Shown: positions 22,201 to 34,658, counted from the first letter of the stretch. The stretch: 64,000 nt of DNA from an uncultured Gemmatimonadales bacterium (GCA_963821525.1 CAWGED010000006.1:1-64000); one strand, 5' to 3'. Program-made: numbers and translations. Notes: generated by a model not told the origin, from the sequence alone.

Positions 22201-22429
22201 CTCTACGACCTCGACCGCGACGCGATCCTCGAGGAGCCCGGCGAGATCGTCGCCAGCATCCGCTCCAAGCCCGAGACGCCGCGCAAGTGCACGACCGAGG
22301 AGAAGACCCTCGTCGAGCTGCGCGCGCAAGGTCGAGAAGCACATCAAGAACACCTACCTGAAGCGCGTCGACGCGCCGGTCGGCGTCAAGCCGGCGCTCA
22401 GGTGCTGGATGGAACTGAACGAGGGCTGA
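19262..22429 (+). CDS. Phospholipase D-like nuclease domain fused to an SNF2-type helicase (many frameshifts)
   Basis: DIATGYF, FHAKAY, VGSSNFT; CDGVGLGKT, IIDEA, LTATP, STDVLSEGLNLQ, WNPVRLMQRIGRVDR. Confidence 0.88.
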
Positions 22430-22433
22430 GCCG

Positions 22434-25400
22434 ATGCCGACCGACCACCGCGCCGAGCTCGCGAAGATCCAGACGCTTCGACCAGCTCGTCGCCTACCTG
22501 CGCGACGAGATGGGCTGGCCCATCGACGCGCGACGACTTCGAGGAGCTGACCTTCGACTACACGCCCGAGGAGCTCGGCATCGACGCGAAGACCGCCGCC
22601 AAGATCCAGGAGATCAAGCGCCTGCGCCCGCTCTCGCCGAACCAGCCCTGGGGCATCTTCTTCGTCAAGTTCGAGCCGAAGAAGCTCCCTGTCGTCGCTC
22701 TGCGCCGCATCCTGAGCCAGGTGGCGCTCAAGAAGCGCGCCTCCGCCAACAGCGCCGAGCGCGCCGCCTGGGCCGCGGACGACCTGCTCTTCGTCTCCAA
22801 CTACGGCGAGGGCGACGAGCGCCAGATCAGCTTCGCCCACTTCTCGCAGGCCGCAGGACGGCCACGACCTGCCGACCCTCAAGGTGCTCGGCTGGGACAA
22901 CCTCGACACGGCGCTGCACCTCGACGCCGTCGCCGAGGAGCTGACCGAGCACCTCGCCTGGCCCGACGACGACACCGACGTCGAGGCCTGGCGCGAGCGC
23001 TGGCGCGCCGCCTTCACCCTGCGCCACCGCGAGGTCATCACCACCTCGAAGGAACTCTCGATCCGCCTGGCCGAGCTGGCCCGCGCCATCCGCGACCGCA
23101 TCAAGACCGCGCTCGCCATCGAGACCGACAACGGCCCGCTCACCAAGCTCATGAAGGCGTTCCAGGAGGCGCTGGTCCACGACCTCGACGCCGACGGCTT
23201 CGCCGACATGTACGCGCAGACCATCGCCTACGGCCTGCTCTCGGCGCGCATCGCCGACCCGCACAAGAAGACGGCCGACGACTTCGCCGCCCACATGCGC
23301 ACCAATCCCTTCCTGCGCGAGCTGATGGAGACCTTCCTCAAGGTCGGCGGGCGGCGCGGCAAGGCGGGCGGGCCGGGCATCGACTTCGACGAGCTGGGCG
23401 TCAGCGAGGTCGTGGAGCTGCTCGACGACGCCAACATGGAGGCCGTCGTCCGCGACTTCGGCGACCGGAACCCGCAGGAAGACCCGGTCATCCACTTCTA
23501 CGAGCTCTTCCTCAAGGAGTACGACGCGAAGAAGCAGGATGCAGCGCGGCGTCTTCTACACCCCGCGCCCGGTGGTCTCCTACATCGTGCGCTCGGTGGA
23601 CGAGCTGCTGCGCACCGAGTTCGGCCTCGCCGACGGCCTCGCCGACACCACCACCTGGGGCGAGATGGCGAAGCGCCACAAGGACCTGAAGATCCCCGAG
23701 GGCGTCTCACCCGACCAGGCCTTCGTCCAGATCCTCGACCCCGCCACCGGCACCGGCACCTTCCTCGTCGAGGTCATCGACCTCATCCACAAGACGCTGG
23801 TCGCCAAGTGGAAGGCGCAGGGCCACGGCGAGAAGAAGATCGACGCGCTCTGGAACGAGTACGTGCCGAAGCACCTGCTGCCGCGCCTGCACGGCTACGA
23901 GCTGCTGATGGCGCCCTACGCCATCGCGCACCTCAAGATCGGGCTCAAGCTCTACGAGACCGGCTACCGCTTCGGCAGCGACGAGCGGGCGCGGATCTAC
24001 CTGACCAACGCGCTGGAGCCGGCGCACGACTTCTCGGGCAGTTCGAGTTCGCGATTCCCGGCGCTCGCGCACGAAGCGCAGGCGGTCAACGAGATCAAGC
24101 GGCAGCAGCGGTTCACCGTCGTCATCGGCAATCCGCCGTATTCCGAGCATCTCGGCAAACTGACGAGACGCGTGCATTCTCGAGCCTGCTCGAAGACTAC
24201 AAGCGACGGCGCTCGGATGAACGAACGCAATTCAACGCTTGCAGGACGACTACATCAAGTTCGTTCGCTTCGCCCAGCATGCAATTCGAGCAGCGCAGGC
24301 GTTGGCGTTCTCGGAATCATCACCAACCACGCATATCTCGACGGCCCGACCTTTCGCCGGATGCGCGAGCATCTCTTGACAGTCGTTCTCCGATCTGCAT
24401 GTTCTGGACCTGCACGGCAGCTCGAAGAAGAAGGAACAGCGCCGGACGGGCTACAGACGAAAATGTCTTCGACATTCAGCAGGGCGTTGCAATCTGCTCT
24501 TCTGCGCGTGCCCCAACGCCAGACCGCAGCGTTCACCTACGCAGACTGTGGGGCACGCGCGAGACAAAGTATCGACTGGCTCGCAGCGACGCTCGATCGA
24601 CGACATGTCGCACTGAAGCCCAATCCGCCCTACTATTTCTTCTTCCTCGCCCAGGACTGATATTCCAAGTCGAGCTGATCGAGCACTCATCGGTCACGGA
24701 TGATGCCATGCCGCTGAACTCGGGCTTGCAGAACGCACGAGACGACTTCGTGATGTCGTTTGACTCGAGACGAGCTCTCGACGATGCGATGCGCCAGTTC
24801 TACTCGCACGAAGTCGGACGTCGAGCTCCGAGAGCAGTATCAGGTCGGCGACGATCGGACTGGAAGTTACGACATGAGGCACGCCGTCGTGACGACGAAG
24901 TCTGCGAAGCGAGTCATTCGCGATGCCTTTACCGGCCGTTCGACGTTCGATGGCATCTACTTACGAGCCGAATCTCACGAGTCGCCCGGCTCGAACGTGA
25001 TGCAGCACATGCTGGGAGGGACGAACCTTGGCCTGATTGCGTCACACGGCAATCACCCAACGCGTGGACATCGCATGTCTTCGCGACGCGATCCGTTCGA
25101 GCGACAAGATCTTGCTGTCGCTACGACGACGAGCAATCCACGTTTTTCCTCTCTATCTTTCGACGATCGACGAGCTCGGCTTCGGCATCGGCAGACCAGC
25201 GCGCCGAACTTTCACCGCGCCTTTCTGCAAGGCTCTCGCCGACGCTTGGATTCGCCAAGAAGGCCGCACGGCCTGCCCGACCGGCCTGACGCCCGAAGAC
25301 ATCTTCCACTACGCCTACGCGGTGTTTCACAGTCCCGGCTACCGGAGCCGCTACGCGGAGTTTCTGAAGATTGATTTCCCGCGCCTGCCGTTGACCGGGA

Positions 25401-25885
25401 ACCTGGAGCTGTTCCGCGCGCTGGCCCGGCTCGGCGGCGAACTCACCGCCCTGCACCTGCTGGAATCGCCCAAGCTCGACAAGCCCATCACCGAGTTCAT
25501 CGGCGGCCGCAATCCCGAGGTCGAAAAAGTCTCGTGGTCGAAGAACACCGTCTGGCTCGACAAGGCGCAGACCACCGGCTTCAAGGGCGTGCGCGAGGAC
25601 GTGTGGAACTTCCACATCGGCGGCTACCAGGTCTGCGAGAAATGGCTCAAGGACCGCAAGGGCCGCACGCTCTCCAAGGACGACATCGCCCACTACCAGA
25701 AGATCGTCGTCGCCCTCTCCGAAACCATCCGCCTGATGAAGGAGATCGACGAGGTCATCGAGAAGCACGGCGGCTGGCCGGGCGCGTTTGCCGTGAAGGC
25801 AGCGACTGATCCACCGGCAGCCGCGACACCATTGCGAAAGGTCGCCGAGGAACCTCGGGTCCCATCCAGGGGAAACAAGAAGTGA
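22434..25885 (+). CDS. N6-adenine DNA methyltransferase with type ISP-like C-terminal specificity domain (many frameshifts)
   Basis: GVFYTP, ILDPATGTGTF, VIGNPPY; IFHYAYAVFHSPGYRSRYAEFLKIDFPRLP; FHIGGYQVCEKWLKDRKGR. Confidence 0.88.
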
Positions 25886-26003
25886 CCGCCTCTGTGCTCT
25901 TGTGGGGAAACTCCCTACTCACCTTTACCGTCAAGCCGCCCGAACAGGCCTTCCCAAGAGGCGGCCAGATGAACACGCCGGCGTAACAATAGCGAGGAAG
26001 ACG

Positions 26004-27731
26004 ATGCCGAAGATCGATACAACCGTTAAGGAGCTGGTTGATATGGTCGGGAGGGGGGAACTTCGTCTTCCTGAGATGCAACGCCGTTATGTGTGGCCTG
26101 GTACCCGCGTGCGTGACCTCCTCGACTCCCTATATCGTGGTTACCCATCCGGATCCATTCTCGTGTGGGAGACAGAACAGGAAGCCCCCACTCGTGATTT
26201 GGCGGTCGCTCTAACAAGCCAATGCATTCATGACTCAAAAACTTCTCCTCGACGGGCAGCAAAGGGTCACGTCACTGTGTGCTGTCATGAACGGCGAGCC
26301 AGTGAGCGTGCGGCGCCGCAAGAGACCGATTGAGATACTCTTCAATCTCAATCACCCTGACGGCCCGCCCGTCGATATCACCGAGGTGGAGGGACGACCT
26401 AGAGTTTCCCGCTTTGGAGCCGGGGGACGATGACCCTGAAGAAGACGACGAAGAGGATGGCACGTCGATCCAAGAGCGGTTAGGGCGCCGTACGTTCGTG
26501 GTCGCTTCGAGGCAGCTGACTTTCCATCCCGACCTGGATTCGCGTTTCTGAAGTATTTAAAGGCGGCAAGTCTGAATGGGCGATACTAAAGCCGCTCGGG
26601 CTCCAGCCCGATGACCCTGAGTACGAGAAGTATGCTCAACGAATACAACGACTACGCCAGATACGGGATTACCCTTATGTGATGCAAGTTCTTGAACGTA
26701 ATCTCACTTATGAGGAGGTAGCAGAGATATTCGTCCGCGTGAACTCACTTGGCGTTAAGCTGCGCGGCTCGGATCTCGCGCTCGCTCAAGTTACCGCACG
26801 GTGGCCGAAATCATTAAAGTTGTTCGAGGAATTTGCGGAGCAATTGGAGGAGTCCTGGTTTACGCTCGACGTCGGTCTGTTGGTTAGAACGATGGTGGTG
26901 TTGGCGACCGGTCAGAGTCGGTTCAAGACTGTACAGAATATTTCTGTTGACAAGATGAAAGCGAGCTGGACCGAGGCTAAAGGAGGGCTTCAGTTTGCAG
27001 TGAACTTCCTCAGGACCAACGTCCAGGTCGAAGATGAGTCTTTGCTTAGCAGTCCTTTGCTGGTTGTCGCTCTCGCTGCTATTGGCCACAAGTGGAAGAA
27101 CCAATTGTCGAAGAAGGAGGAGGAGAGTCTGCAACGTTGGCTGCTGATCGCCAATGCCCGCGGGCACTACAGTCGTGGCTCAACGGAGACGATTCTCGAC
27201 CAGGACTTGAGCATCATTCTTCGAGGCGGGTCGATTGACGATCTCATCCTCCACCTCGAGCAGCGCCTTGGACGCCGAACGTGGAAGCCCAGGACCTGGT
27301 CGGTCGCGGAGCCCGGAGCCCGCTTTTCTCGACAGCATATCTCGCGTACCAAGGCACGAGGCGCGAAAGATTGGAAGAGTGGGTTAGGCCTTTCATTAAC
27401 CCATCAAGGCAAGATGCACTACATCGAGTACCACCACATCTTTCCCAAGTCCCTCTTGGCCCACCACGGATACGAGAAGGCAGAGATCAACGAAATTGCG
27501 GAACATGGCATTCATTAGTGGAAAGGCCAACCGCGAAATCACCAATAAAGAGCCAGGGAAATACCTGCCGAGTATCATCGAGAAACGGGGCAAGAGGCAC
27601 TAGAAGCGCAGCTTATTCCGACTGACCCAGCATTGTGGCAGATGGACGCCTACCGAGCATTCTTGGACTGGCGAAGAGCACGGCTGGCGGAAGCCGTGAA
27701 CCGCCTCCTCGGAACCCTGCAGCTGACCTAA
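26004..27731 (+). CDS. GmrSD-like protein (DUF262 + C-terminal HNH/DUF1524) (frameshifts)
   Basis: LPEMQRRYVW, LLDSLYRGYPSG, LLDGQQR, IFVRVNS; EYHHIFPK..ISGKANREI. Confidence 0.85.
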
Positions 27732-27801
27732 GCCGTGGAGAGACCGATGCTATAGAAGCGGTTTCCGACCCTCGCGCTTCCATTCGGGAATATGACCTGA
27801 A

Positions 27802-30800
27802 ATGCAAAGCCTGAACGGCAAACTCATCTTCTCCGCCACCGACCTCAGCAACTTCCTCGCGTGTCCCCACCTCACCCTCCTCAGCCGCCGTACTGCGCTC
27901 GGCGGCCCCAAGCCACCTTTTCGGTGAGGATCCCGGCCTCGACGTCCTGCGCCAACGCGGCCTGGTGCACGAACACAGGTTCTTGGATGGCCTTCGCGGC
28001 AGCGAGCAGACCATCGCTGATCTCACCGGTGCCCGCGAAGGACAACCGGGGCTGAACCGCTACGAAGGCCACGCGAGGGCAACCGCTAAGGCGATGCGGG
28101 ACGGTGCCGATGTCATTTACCAGGGATGCCTCTTCGATGGATCCTGGCTGGGGTATCCCGATTTCCTGCGTAAAGTCGCCAAGCCGAGCGGGCTCGGTGA
28201 CTGGTCGTATGAGGTGGTTGATACCAAGCTGGCGCGTGAGGCCAAGGGCGGTGCGCTGCTGCAGGTCCTGCTCTATGCCGAACTATTGGAGGCGGTCCAG
28301 GGCACCGCTTCTGAGTTCGTTCATCTCGCACTGGGTGATCCCGACGCTGGCCCTGTGAGTTTCCGAATCAAGGACTACGCGGCCTACTTTCGCTCAATCC
28401 GTAAACGCTTCCTGGAATGGGTTGCTGCCGCCCCGGCCGAAATGCCGCGGGCGGTTGATCCGGTGGCGCACTGTGACATCTGCGCCTGGGACTACGGGTG
28501 TACCAAGGAGCGCCGCGAGGTAGACCATCTCTCCTTCGTCGCCGGCATCAGCCGGCAGCAGCGGCGAGCGCTGGGTGACCAGGGGATCAATACCCTGGAG
28601 GCCCTGGGCGACCTCGACCTCACCAGGATCCCGTCCATCGAGGGGGTGAAGCCCGGGGCGATGAGCCGCATTCACCACCAGGCCAGAATTCAGCTGGAAG
28701 CCCGGCGCCAGAAGCGAATCCTGCATGAACTGCTTCAACCCATCGTGGCCGATCAGGGTCTGGCCGCGCTCCCGCCGCCCTCCGAAGGCGATCTCTTCTT
28801 CGACCTCGAGGGCGACCCCTACGCCTTCGACCTCGGCATCGAGTACCTCTTTGGCGTCGCGGACGCGAAAGGCGAATACGTCGGCCGCTGGTCGCTCGAC
28901 AGCGTCAAGGAACGGGAGACCTTCGAGTGGTTCATGGATTCTGTGATGGACCGGCTCAAGCAGCACCCGGATCTCCATGTCTATCACTACGCCCCCTATG
29001 AACCGACGGCGTTGAAACGCCTGGCGGGACGATACGATACCCGGATCGATGAGCTGGACCGGCTGCTTCGCGGCAAGGTCTTCGTCGATCTGTACCGGGT
29101 GGTTCGTCAGGGACTTCGCGCGTCGGTCGAGAGCTATTCCATCAAGAAACTGGAGCCGTTCTACCAGTTCGAGCGGCAGGTCGATCTGCGCGAGGCCAAC
29201 AGCGCACTGGCCAACTTCGAGGCTTGGCTCCAGCTGGGCGGAGTGGAAGGGGATCAAAATGTCCTGCTCAAGGACATCGAAGGTTATAACAAGGATGATT
29301 GCATTTCGACTCTAAGACTTCGGGACTGGTTGGAGCAACTGCGAGTCCAGCTCGGCAAAGAAACGGGGGTTGAAGTCCCGCGACCGAGCGCACCTGTCTG
29401 CCGAGGCGCCCGAGGAACTGGCCGAGAAGCTCAGGGAGGTCCGGGCCCTGATGGAGCGGCTCATGGCCGGCGTGCCGGAGCTTCCCGAGCAGCGCACGGC
29501 GGAGCAGCATGGCCGCTGGCTGCTGGCCCAGATGCTGGAATATCACCGCCGAGAGAACAAGTCGATGTGGTGGCGATACTTCGAATGGTTGAAGCTGAGC
29601 GACGCCGAACTAGTGGAGGACGGCGCCGCTCTGGGAGGGCTGGAATACATCGAGGTGGTGCGATACAGTGAAGAAGTCGAGCATCCATCGCTATCGCTTC
29701 CCGCCTCAGGAACACCAGATCGAGGTGGGGACAAAACCCACGACCCAGAACCGGCAATTCGGCTGGGGAAATCGTTGCCCTCAATGAAGGCGCGGGCACC
29801 ATTGACTTGAAGCGTGGAAACACGAGCAAGGTACCTCATCCCACGTCGCTCATCCCCTACGAGTACGTCCCTGACGAGGTACTCCGTGAGAGCCTGTTCC
29901 GCTTGGGGTCTGCTGTCGCTGAGCGCGGTCTGCTACGGGAAGATCCCTACCAGTCTGCGATCGACCTTGTCTTGGCAGCGCGGCCCCGGATCGGTCAACA
30001 GCCCGATGCCCCTCACCGCTCTCGGCGAGGAGTCCGCGGACGCGGCTATCCGGGTGGTAGGGTCGCTCGACCATTCGGTCCTTCCGATACAGGGGCCGCC
30101 GGGTCCGGGAAGACCTATACCGGTGCCCGAATGATCCTGGCCCTCCTCAAAGCCGGCAACAAGGTCGGCGTCACCGCGACTAGCCACAAGGTGATCGCCA
30201 ATCTTCTTAAGGAGGTGTGCGAAGCGGCCCAGGAGAGTGGTCAGGAGATTCAGGGATGCAGAAGGCGAAGAGGAGGAGTGGTGCAAGGCCAAGGAGATCG
30301 AAGCGATCAACGATAATGACGCGATCCAGGACGCCCTGAAGAGCGGCGAGGCTCGGCTCGCCGCCGGCACGTCGTGGCTCTGGAGCAGGGAAGAGATGCA
30401 GGCGTCGGTTGACGTGCTGTTCATCGACGAGGCCGGGCAGTTCTCCTTGGCCAATGCGCTCGCCGTCGCCCCAGCCGCGAAGAGCCTGGTGCTCCTCGGC
30501 GACCCTCGGCAGCTTCAGCAACCGCAACAGGGTCTGCATCCGCCGGGGACTGACGTCTCCGCCCTGGACCATTTGCTCAGGGGTCAGGCGACCATGCCAC
30601 CGGATCGCGGTCTCTTTCTGGATCAGACCTGGCGGCTGCATCCTGATATCTGTGCTTTTACTTCGGAGATGTACTACGAAGACCGGCTTCGCTCCCGGGC
30701 GGGGCTTGAGGTTCAGCGGGTCGCGGGATCTGGGCCTAACACCGGAAGCGGGCTCCGCTGGCTCTCGGTGGAACACAACGGGAATCAGAACGAATCGCCC

Positions 30801-31350
30801 GAAGAGGTCGCAGCGATAGCCTCCCTGGTTCAGAATCTGCTCAGCGCTGATCTCTCCTGGATCAAGACATGGCGGGAATCCAAGAAACTGGGATTGGGCG
30901 ATGTCCTCGTGGTCGCGCCGTACAACGCACAGGTGTCCGCCATCGAGCAGGCGCTACCTCGGAGCGAGAGTAGGGACGGTGGACAAGTTCCAGGGCCAGG
31001 AGGCCCCAATCGTGATCTATTCGATGGCCAGCTCGAGCGCCGAGGATGCGCCGCGCGGAATGGAATTTCTCTATAGCCCCAACCGGTTGAACGTGGCCAC
31101 CTCCCGGGCGAGGTGTCTGGTCATCCTGGTCGCCAATGGGCAGCTCTTCCTTCCGGAGTGCCGCACCCCGGAGCAGATGCGGCTGGCGAACGGGCTGTGT
31201 CGGTATCTGGAGCTGGCAAGAAGGCGGGCGGATGAGCGGCCGGCGTTGTTACGACCGGTCAACAGCCGATCGCTAGCCTCCTTCGGCCGCCTTGATCCGG
31301 CTGCGAAGCTTGGCTCTCCGCCAAGGAAGTGGAGCCGATCACCGTCATGA
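27802..31350 (+). CDS. TM0106-family RecB-like nuclease + RNase H-like domain + SF1 helicase; true end may be ~31235
   Basis: SATDLSNFLACPH, GYPDFL..VVDTK, FFDLEGDP, SYSIKKLE, YNKDDC, IQGPPGxGKT, FIDEAGQ, GDPRQL, TVDKFQGQE, RLNVATSRA. Confidence 0.9.
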
Positions 31351-32329
31351 AGGACGATGAAGCGACCGCTTTGACGGCGCGAGCAGATTCTTGAGTCGGG
31401 CCATCTCGCGGGCTTAGAGCCCGGCTGAACCGCCTTTGAGCTGGACGACATAGAGTTCGATCTGATCGGCAGCTCTAGGCTTGATTCGTAGCAGGCCGGC
31501 ATCGGCTATTCCCGTCCGTGGCCGCCCACTCGCAGCGTCAAGAAAGACAACATGGAAGCCGCGGCCTTAGCCCAGGTTTGAAGGCGGTCTTTGATAGAGT
31601 TTCTGACCGCCGCGCCTTCCAGACTGGCCCCCGCATCGTCTTCCACGCCTTTAAAGCTGCGCCGGAGGCCGGGTTGAGGCGTCGATGGTCCCCGATTAGG
31701 GCAAAGCTCCGCCGCCTTGTGTGTCAATGCCTTCACCTGCCGACCTGCCCGACGGCGGTCGCTGCGCGGGCAATCTTGAGCATCCCGGACCACATCGTGC
31801 AGGGGATACGCACCAGACGATCAGTACCGCCCCGAGTACTAGCGCCGCCGCTTCCGGCAGAGTGTCCATTGCCGGGCGTGCTCGTCCTTCGACCTCGATA
31901 CGTGCGCCCCGTAGCTCCTTCACTATCTTATAGAGACGCTCAGCCGTCGGTCGTGATCGTAAGGTCGGAGGCTAAGAATCCAGGCGTAGTCAACTTGACC
32001 CTGCAGATCCTTGGGCGCTGCTGTTGCGGCGCTACGACCCGCGCCTCTACGCAGCGGGTCCAGGACGCCAGCAGCCGCAAACAGCCAGTTTGACCACCCC
32101 GTCAGCTCTAGAGGCGGCCTTGGGAGGCCTGCAGGGTCCGATCCACTGCCCGGAGGCGGATCGAATCGTCGCGGATCCCCCCGGCCGCTGGGTGCGCCTG
32201 GCAGGAGCCAGAGGGTCGTGTCACCACCTCGCCACCCGGCGTTCTATCCGTGGATCCGTGGCCATCGCCACGCACGACGGCGTCCCACCAAGGACGGGCG
32301 CGGAGGCATCGCTTCCGACGACGGTCCGG

Positions 32330-32540
32330 CGTCGATTCGTGAACTCTCGACCCGAACGAACGTCACGAGTCCGGGCGAGAGACTCGAGAGGCGCGGCGTC
32401 AGGAAGGGCACGCGGATCATCCTCCGCCGCAGTCCACGTTGACGAGCGTATTCGCCCTTGAGGTCCCCGTAGGACACCTGGTCGGCGCCGCCGATCTCGA
32501 ACACCCGGCTCCCCTCGAACGACGACGTCCAGCGCGACGG
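32330..32540 (-). pseudogene. Internal fragment of an atypical SDR/NAD-binding (YbjT/DUF2867-like) gene
   Basis: GSRVFEIGGADQVSYGDL..YARQRGLRRRMIRVPFLTPRLSSL..GLVT with no N- or C-terminus. Confidence 0.65.
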
Positions 32541-33213
32541 ATCGTCCTGGGCGAGCCACGAGCCATCCACAGCTGGCTCGGTTAGTCGCCTCATGATGTC
32601 GACTTCCAGTCCTTCGTCGACCATGACCGGCACGGCGCTCGACAAGTCGCGACGACTTTGGTAAAGAGCACGGCTCCCCCGGACCGACCACTCTGGAGAG
32701 CCGACCTCTCGGCGAGAAATCGAATCGCGTACATCTCGCCGACTTCGTGAACTGGTGCTTCGAGGTTACGTGTCACGAGAAGCGCCCGCGTCAATATGCC
32801 TCCGGCGACGATCCACTCCCGCCGCAGAGCTCGCCTCCTGTGGAGTCACGAGCTTTCCCGTTTGGCGATACCCTCGGTACCTCGATACGTCGCGTGGAGA
32901 TGTCGCCGCTCTCGCCGAATACTGCCGCGCCAGCCCACGAATTCGAACCTCATACCGAGGGGTCGCCCTCGACCGACCTGGAGCAATCAGGTCCGACACG
33001 CGCGGACCCAGCCCGCCGCGCCTGGAGTCGCATCCGCTACTGCCCGTTCACCAGGGGCTGACGTCGCCTCAATGTGGCTCAAGCGTCCGAGGATCGTCAA
33101 AGCGCGATCATGCATGCCGTGAACCCACCTCCCAGAGGGTTGAGCGCGAGCTCTGCAGGTCTTGGGTCGTACCGAGGCTTCAGGTAGGTCAGGAAGAGAT
33201 CCTCGATCGGCTG

Positions 33214-33255
33214 GCTTCATCGCCCGCGCTTCACCTGCGGGCGACGAGGTTAAGT
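33214..33255 (-). other. Degenerate, shortened attC-like site
   Basis: ACTTAAC overlaps the HD gene stop codon, followed by GTCGCCCGCAGGTGAAGCGCG, resembling the right arm of the neighbouring sites; R' is decayed. Confidence 0.45.
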
Positions 33256-33837
33256 AGCAGTACGGACAAGCTGGCCGACTAGATGATCCAATTCATCCAG
33301 CAAGGGCCCGCAGAATCCGGCTTCCTTGTAAGCGGCTAGGGCACTCTGGTAGTACCACAGCTGATCTGCTTTGCCGGCGTTGAAGCGGCTCCATAGCGAC
33401 TCGCCAACCCGTTGGTAGTCCGCTAAGAGCGCTCGGGCATTGTCGACCTTATCGGCTACTGTAACACGCAAGTTCGAGGGCTGGGCTTGTCGGACATGCT
33501 CGAGGTATCGCTCCTTGCGTTCTCGCCAGGGTGGCTTGGGGCCGCCCGTGTAGTCTGGAGGGGTGTCGGTTGCCAGTTGAATCAGGGCGAGGACACGCGG
33601 GCCAAAGCGCTTAGCGAGCAGCGCTGGATTGGTCTCAGCGGGTTTGTCCTCCAGCGAATCATGGAGGAGTGCTGCAATTGCTTCATCCTCGTCGCCGCCA
33701 TCCTGCTGGACGAGAGCGCAAACGCTGAGAAGGTGTGCGAGGATCGGGACTTGGGTCTGCTTCCGAGCGTCCCGGCCGTGAAGCTCGATGGCATAATCCA
33801 GTGCTTCCTGGAGTCTGACGCTCAAGAGATCGGCCAA
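33250..33837 (-). CDS. HD-domain protein (RelA/SpoT hydrolase-like, Mesh1/SAH type); putative gene cassette
   Basis: ALDYAIELH..RK..P..AHLLSV..DEDEAIAALLHDSLED..ADKVDNAR; GGAG RBS before TTG at 33837. Confidence 0.85.
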   Translation of the reverse strand: MADLLSVRLQEALDYAIELHGRDARKQTQVPILAHLLSVCALVQQDGGDEDEAIAALLHDSLEDKPAETNPALLAKRFGPRVLALIQLATDTPPDYTGGPKPPWRERKERYLEHVRQAQPSNLRVTVADKVDNARALLADYQRVGESLWSRFNAGKADQLWYYQSALAAYKEAGFCGPLLDELDHLVGQLVRTAT

Positions 33838-33986
33838 AGCTTCACAGTCTCCGTTTGGATGCTGGTGCCGAACACACCGCGTTCCCCTGCGGGCGACCAG
33901 TAAGGACTCACACAACCTTGCGTTCCCTTAAGACCGCCCAGAGGTAGGTCGATGGGACGCTTCCCAGGAAGCGCCCGACACGTGCA

Positions 33987-34069
33987 GCCTAACAACACCC
34001 TGCGACATCGTGAGCGCCAAGCGGAACTCCGGCCCGCCTGGGTTTGTCGGCTGCCTTTGCGGGTTAGGC
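33987..34069 (-). other. attC-like site
   Basis: Minus strand GCCTAAC ... GTTAGGC, 83 bp, starting 11 bp after a stop codon. Confidence 0.65.
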
Positions 34070-34080
34070 GGCAGTTTGCA

Positions 34081-34521
34081 TCAGGGTCCAACCGGCAATG
34101 CTTCATTCAAGGACCGATGCTGGTCCGCGCTAGCTTCTGTCATACCGGTCGGTACCGCTTCTAGTCCCGGTACCGTCAGTCTGGACGGAGCGATATGCGG
34201 TCGCTCCAGCCGCAAGAAGGCCATGTTGGTGGGGCCTCGATAGCCGAGTTCCCGGGCCAGTTCACGAATACCTGGTGCGGTGCGGTTGGTCCAGAGAAGT
34301 TCGCCCTCCGAGGTGGCGCGCAGCCTCCCCGCTCCTAGCACGTGCGCAAGGGCACCCGGAGCTTCCCTCCAGATCAGCCAGACACTGTCCCCCGGCAAGG
34401 GCTTAACTCGCCGAGCACCCGGCGGGTACCAGATCGCGTGCATGGGACTCTCAAGGAGTCCCTGGGTGTTGTCAGCGGTTACTGGTGGGGTCCCACAATA
34501 GATCAGCGCTCGTTCGGGCAT
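34081..34521 (-). CDS. Hypothetical protein; putative gene cassette
   Basis: Intact 146 aa ORF with GAGGAG RBS lying between two attC-like sites. Confidence 0.7.
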   Translation of the reverse strand: MPERALIYCGTPPVTADNTQGLLESPMHAIWYPPGARRVKPLPGDSVWLIWREAPGALAHVLGAGRLRATSEGELLWTNRTAPGIRELARELGYRGPTNMAFLRLERPHIAPSRLTVPGLEAVPTGMTEASADQHRSLNEALPVGP

Positions 34522-34559
34522 CTCCTCGCTCCCCGTCTTTCAACGAGCTTCGTGCTGCC

Positions 34560-34658
34560 GCGTAACTCGCGCGTAACCTGCAGGCGACAGTCGAACCTCC
34601 ACAAGGTTGGCTCCTTCAGATAGCTAGCCCACCGTACAGTTGCAAGCTCTGGTTAGGT
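34560..34658 (-). other. attC-like site
   Basis: Minus strand ACCTAAC CAGAG CTTGCAACTG ... GTCGCCTGCAGGTTACGCGCGA GTTACGC, with complementary flanks CGTGCTGCC/GGCAGCACG. Confidence 0.65.

Noticed and set aside
19262..25885. DISARM or BREX system
   Set aside because: SNF2, PLD and MTase parts are present, but no DrmA/DrmB (DUF1998) or PglZ/BrxC genes are recognisable
27802..29340. Cas4/CRISPR-associated nuclease
   Set aside because: The RecB-like domain is part of a TM0106-type nuclease-helicase fusion, and there is no cas1/cas2 or array
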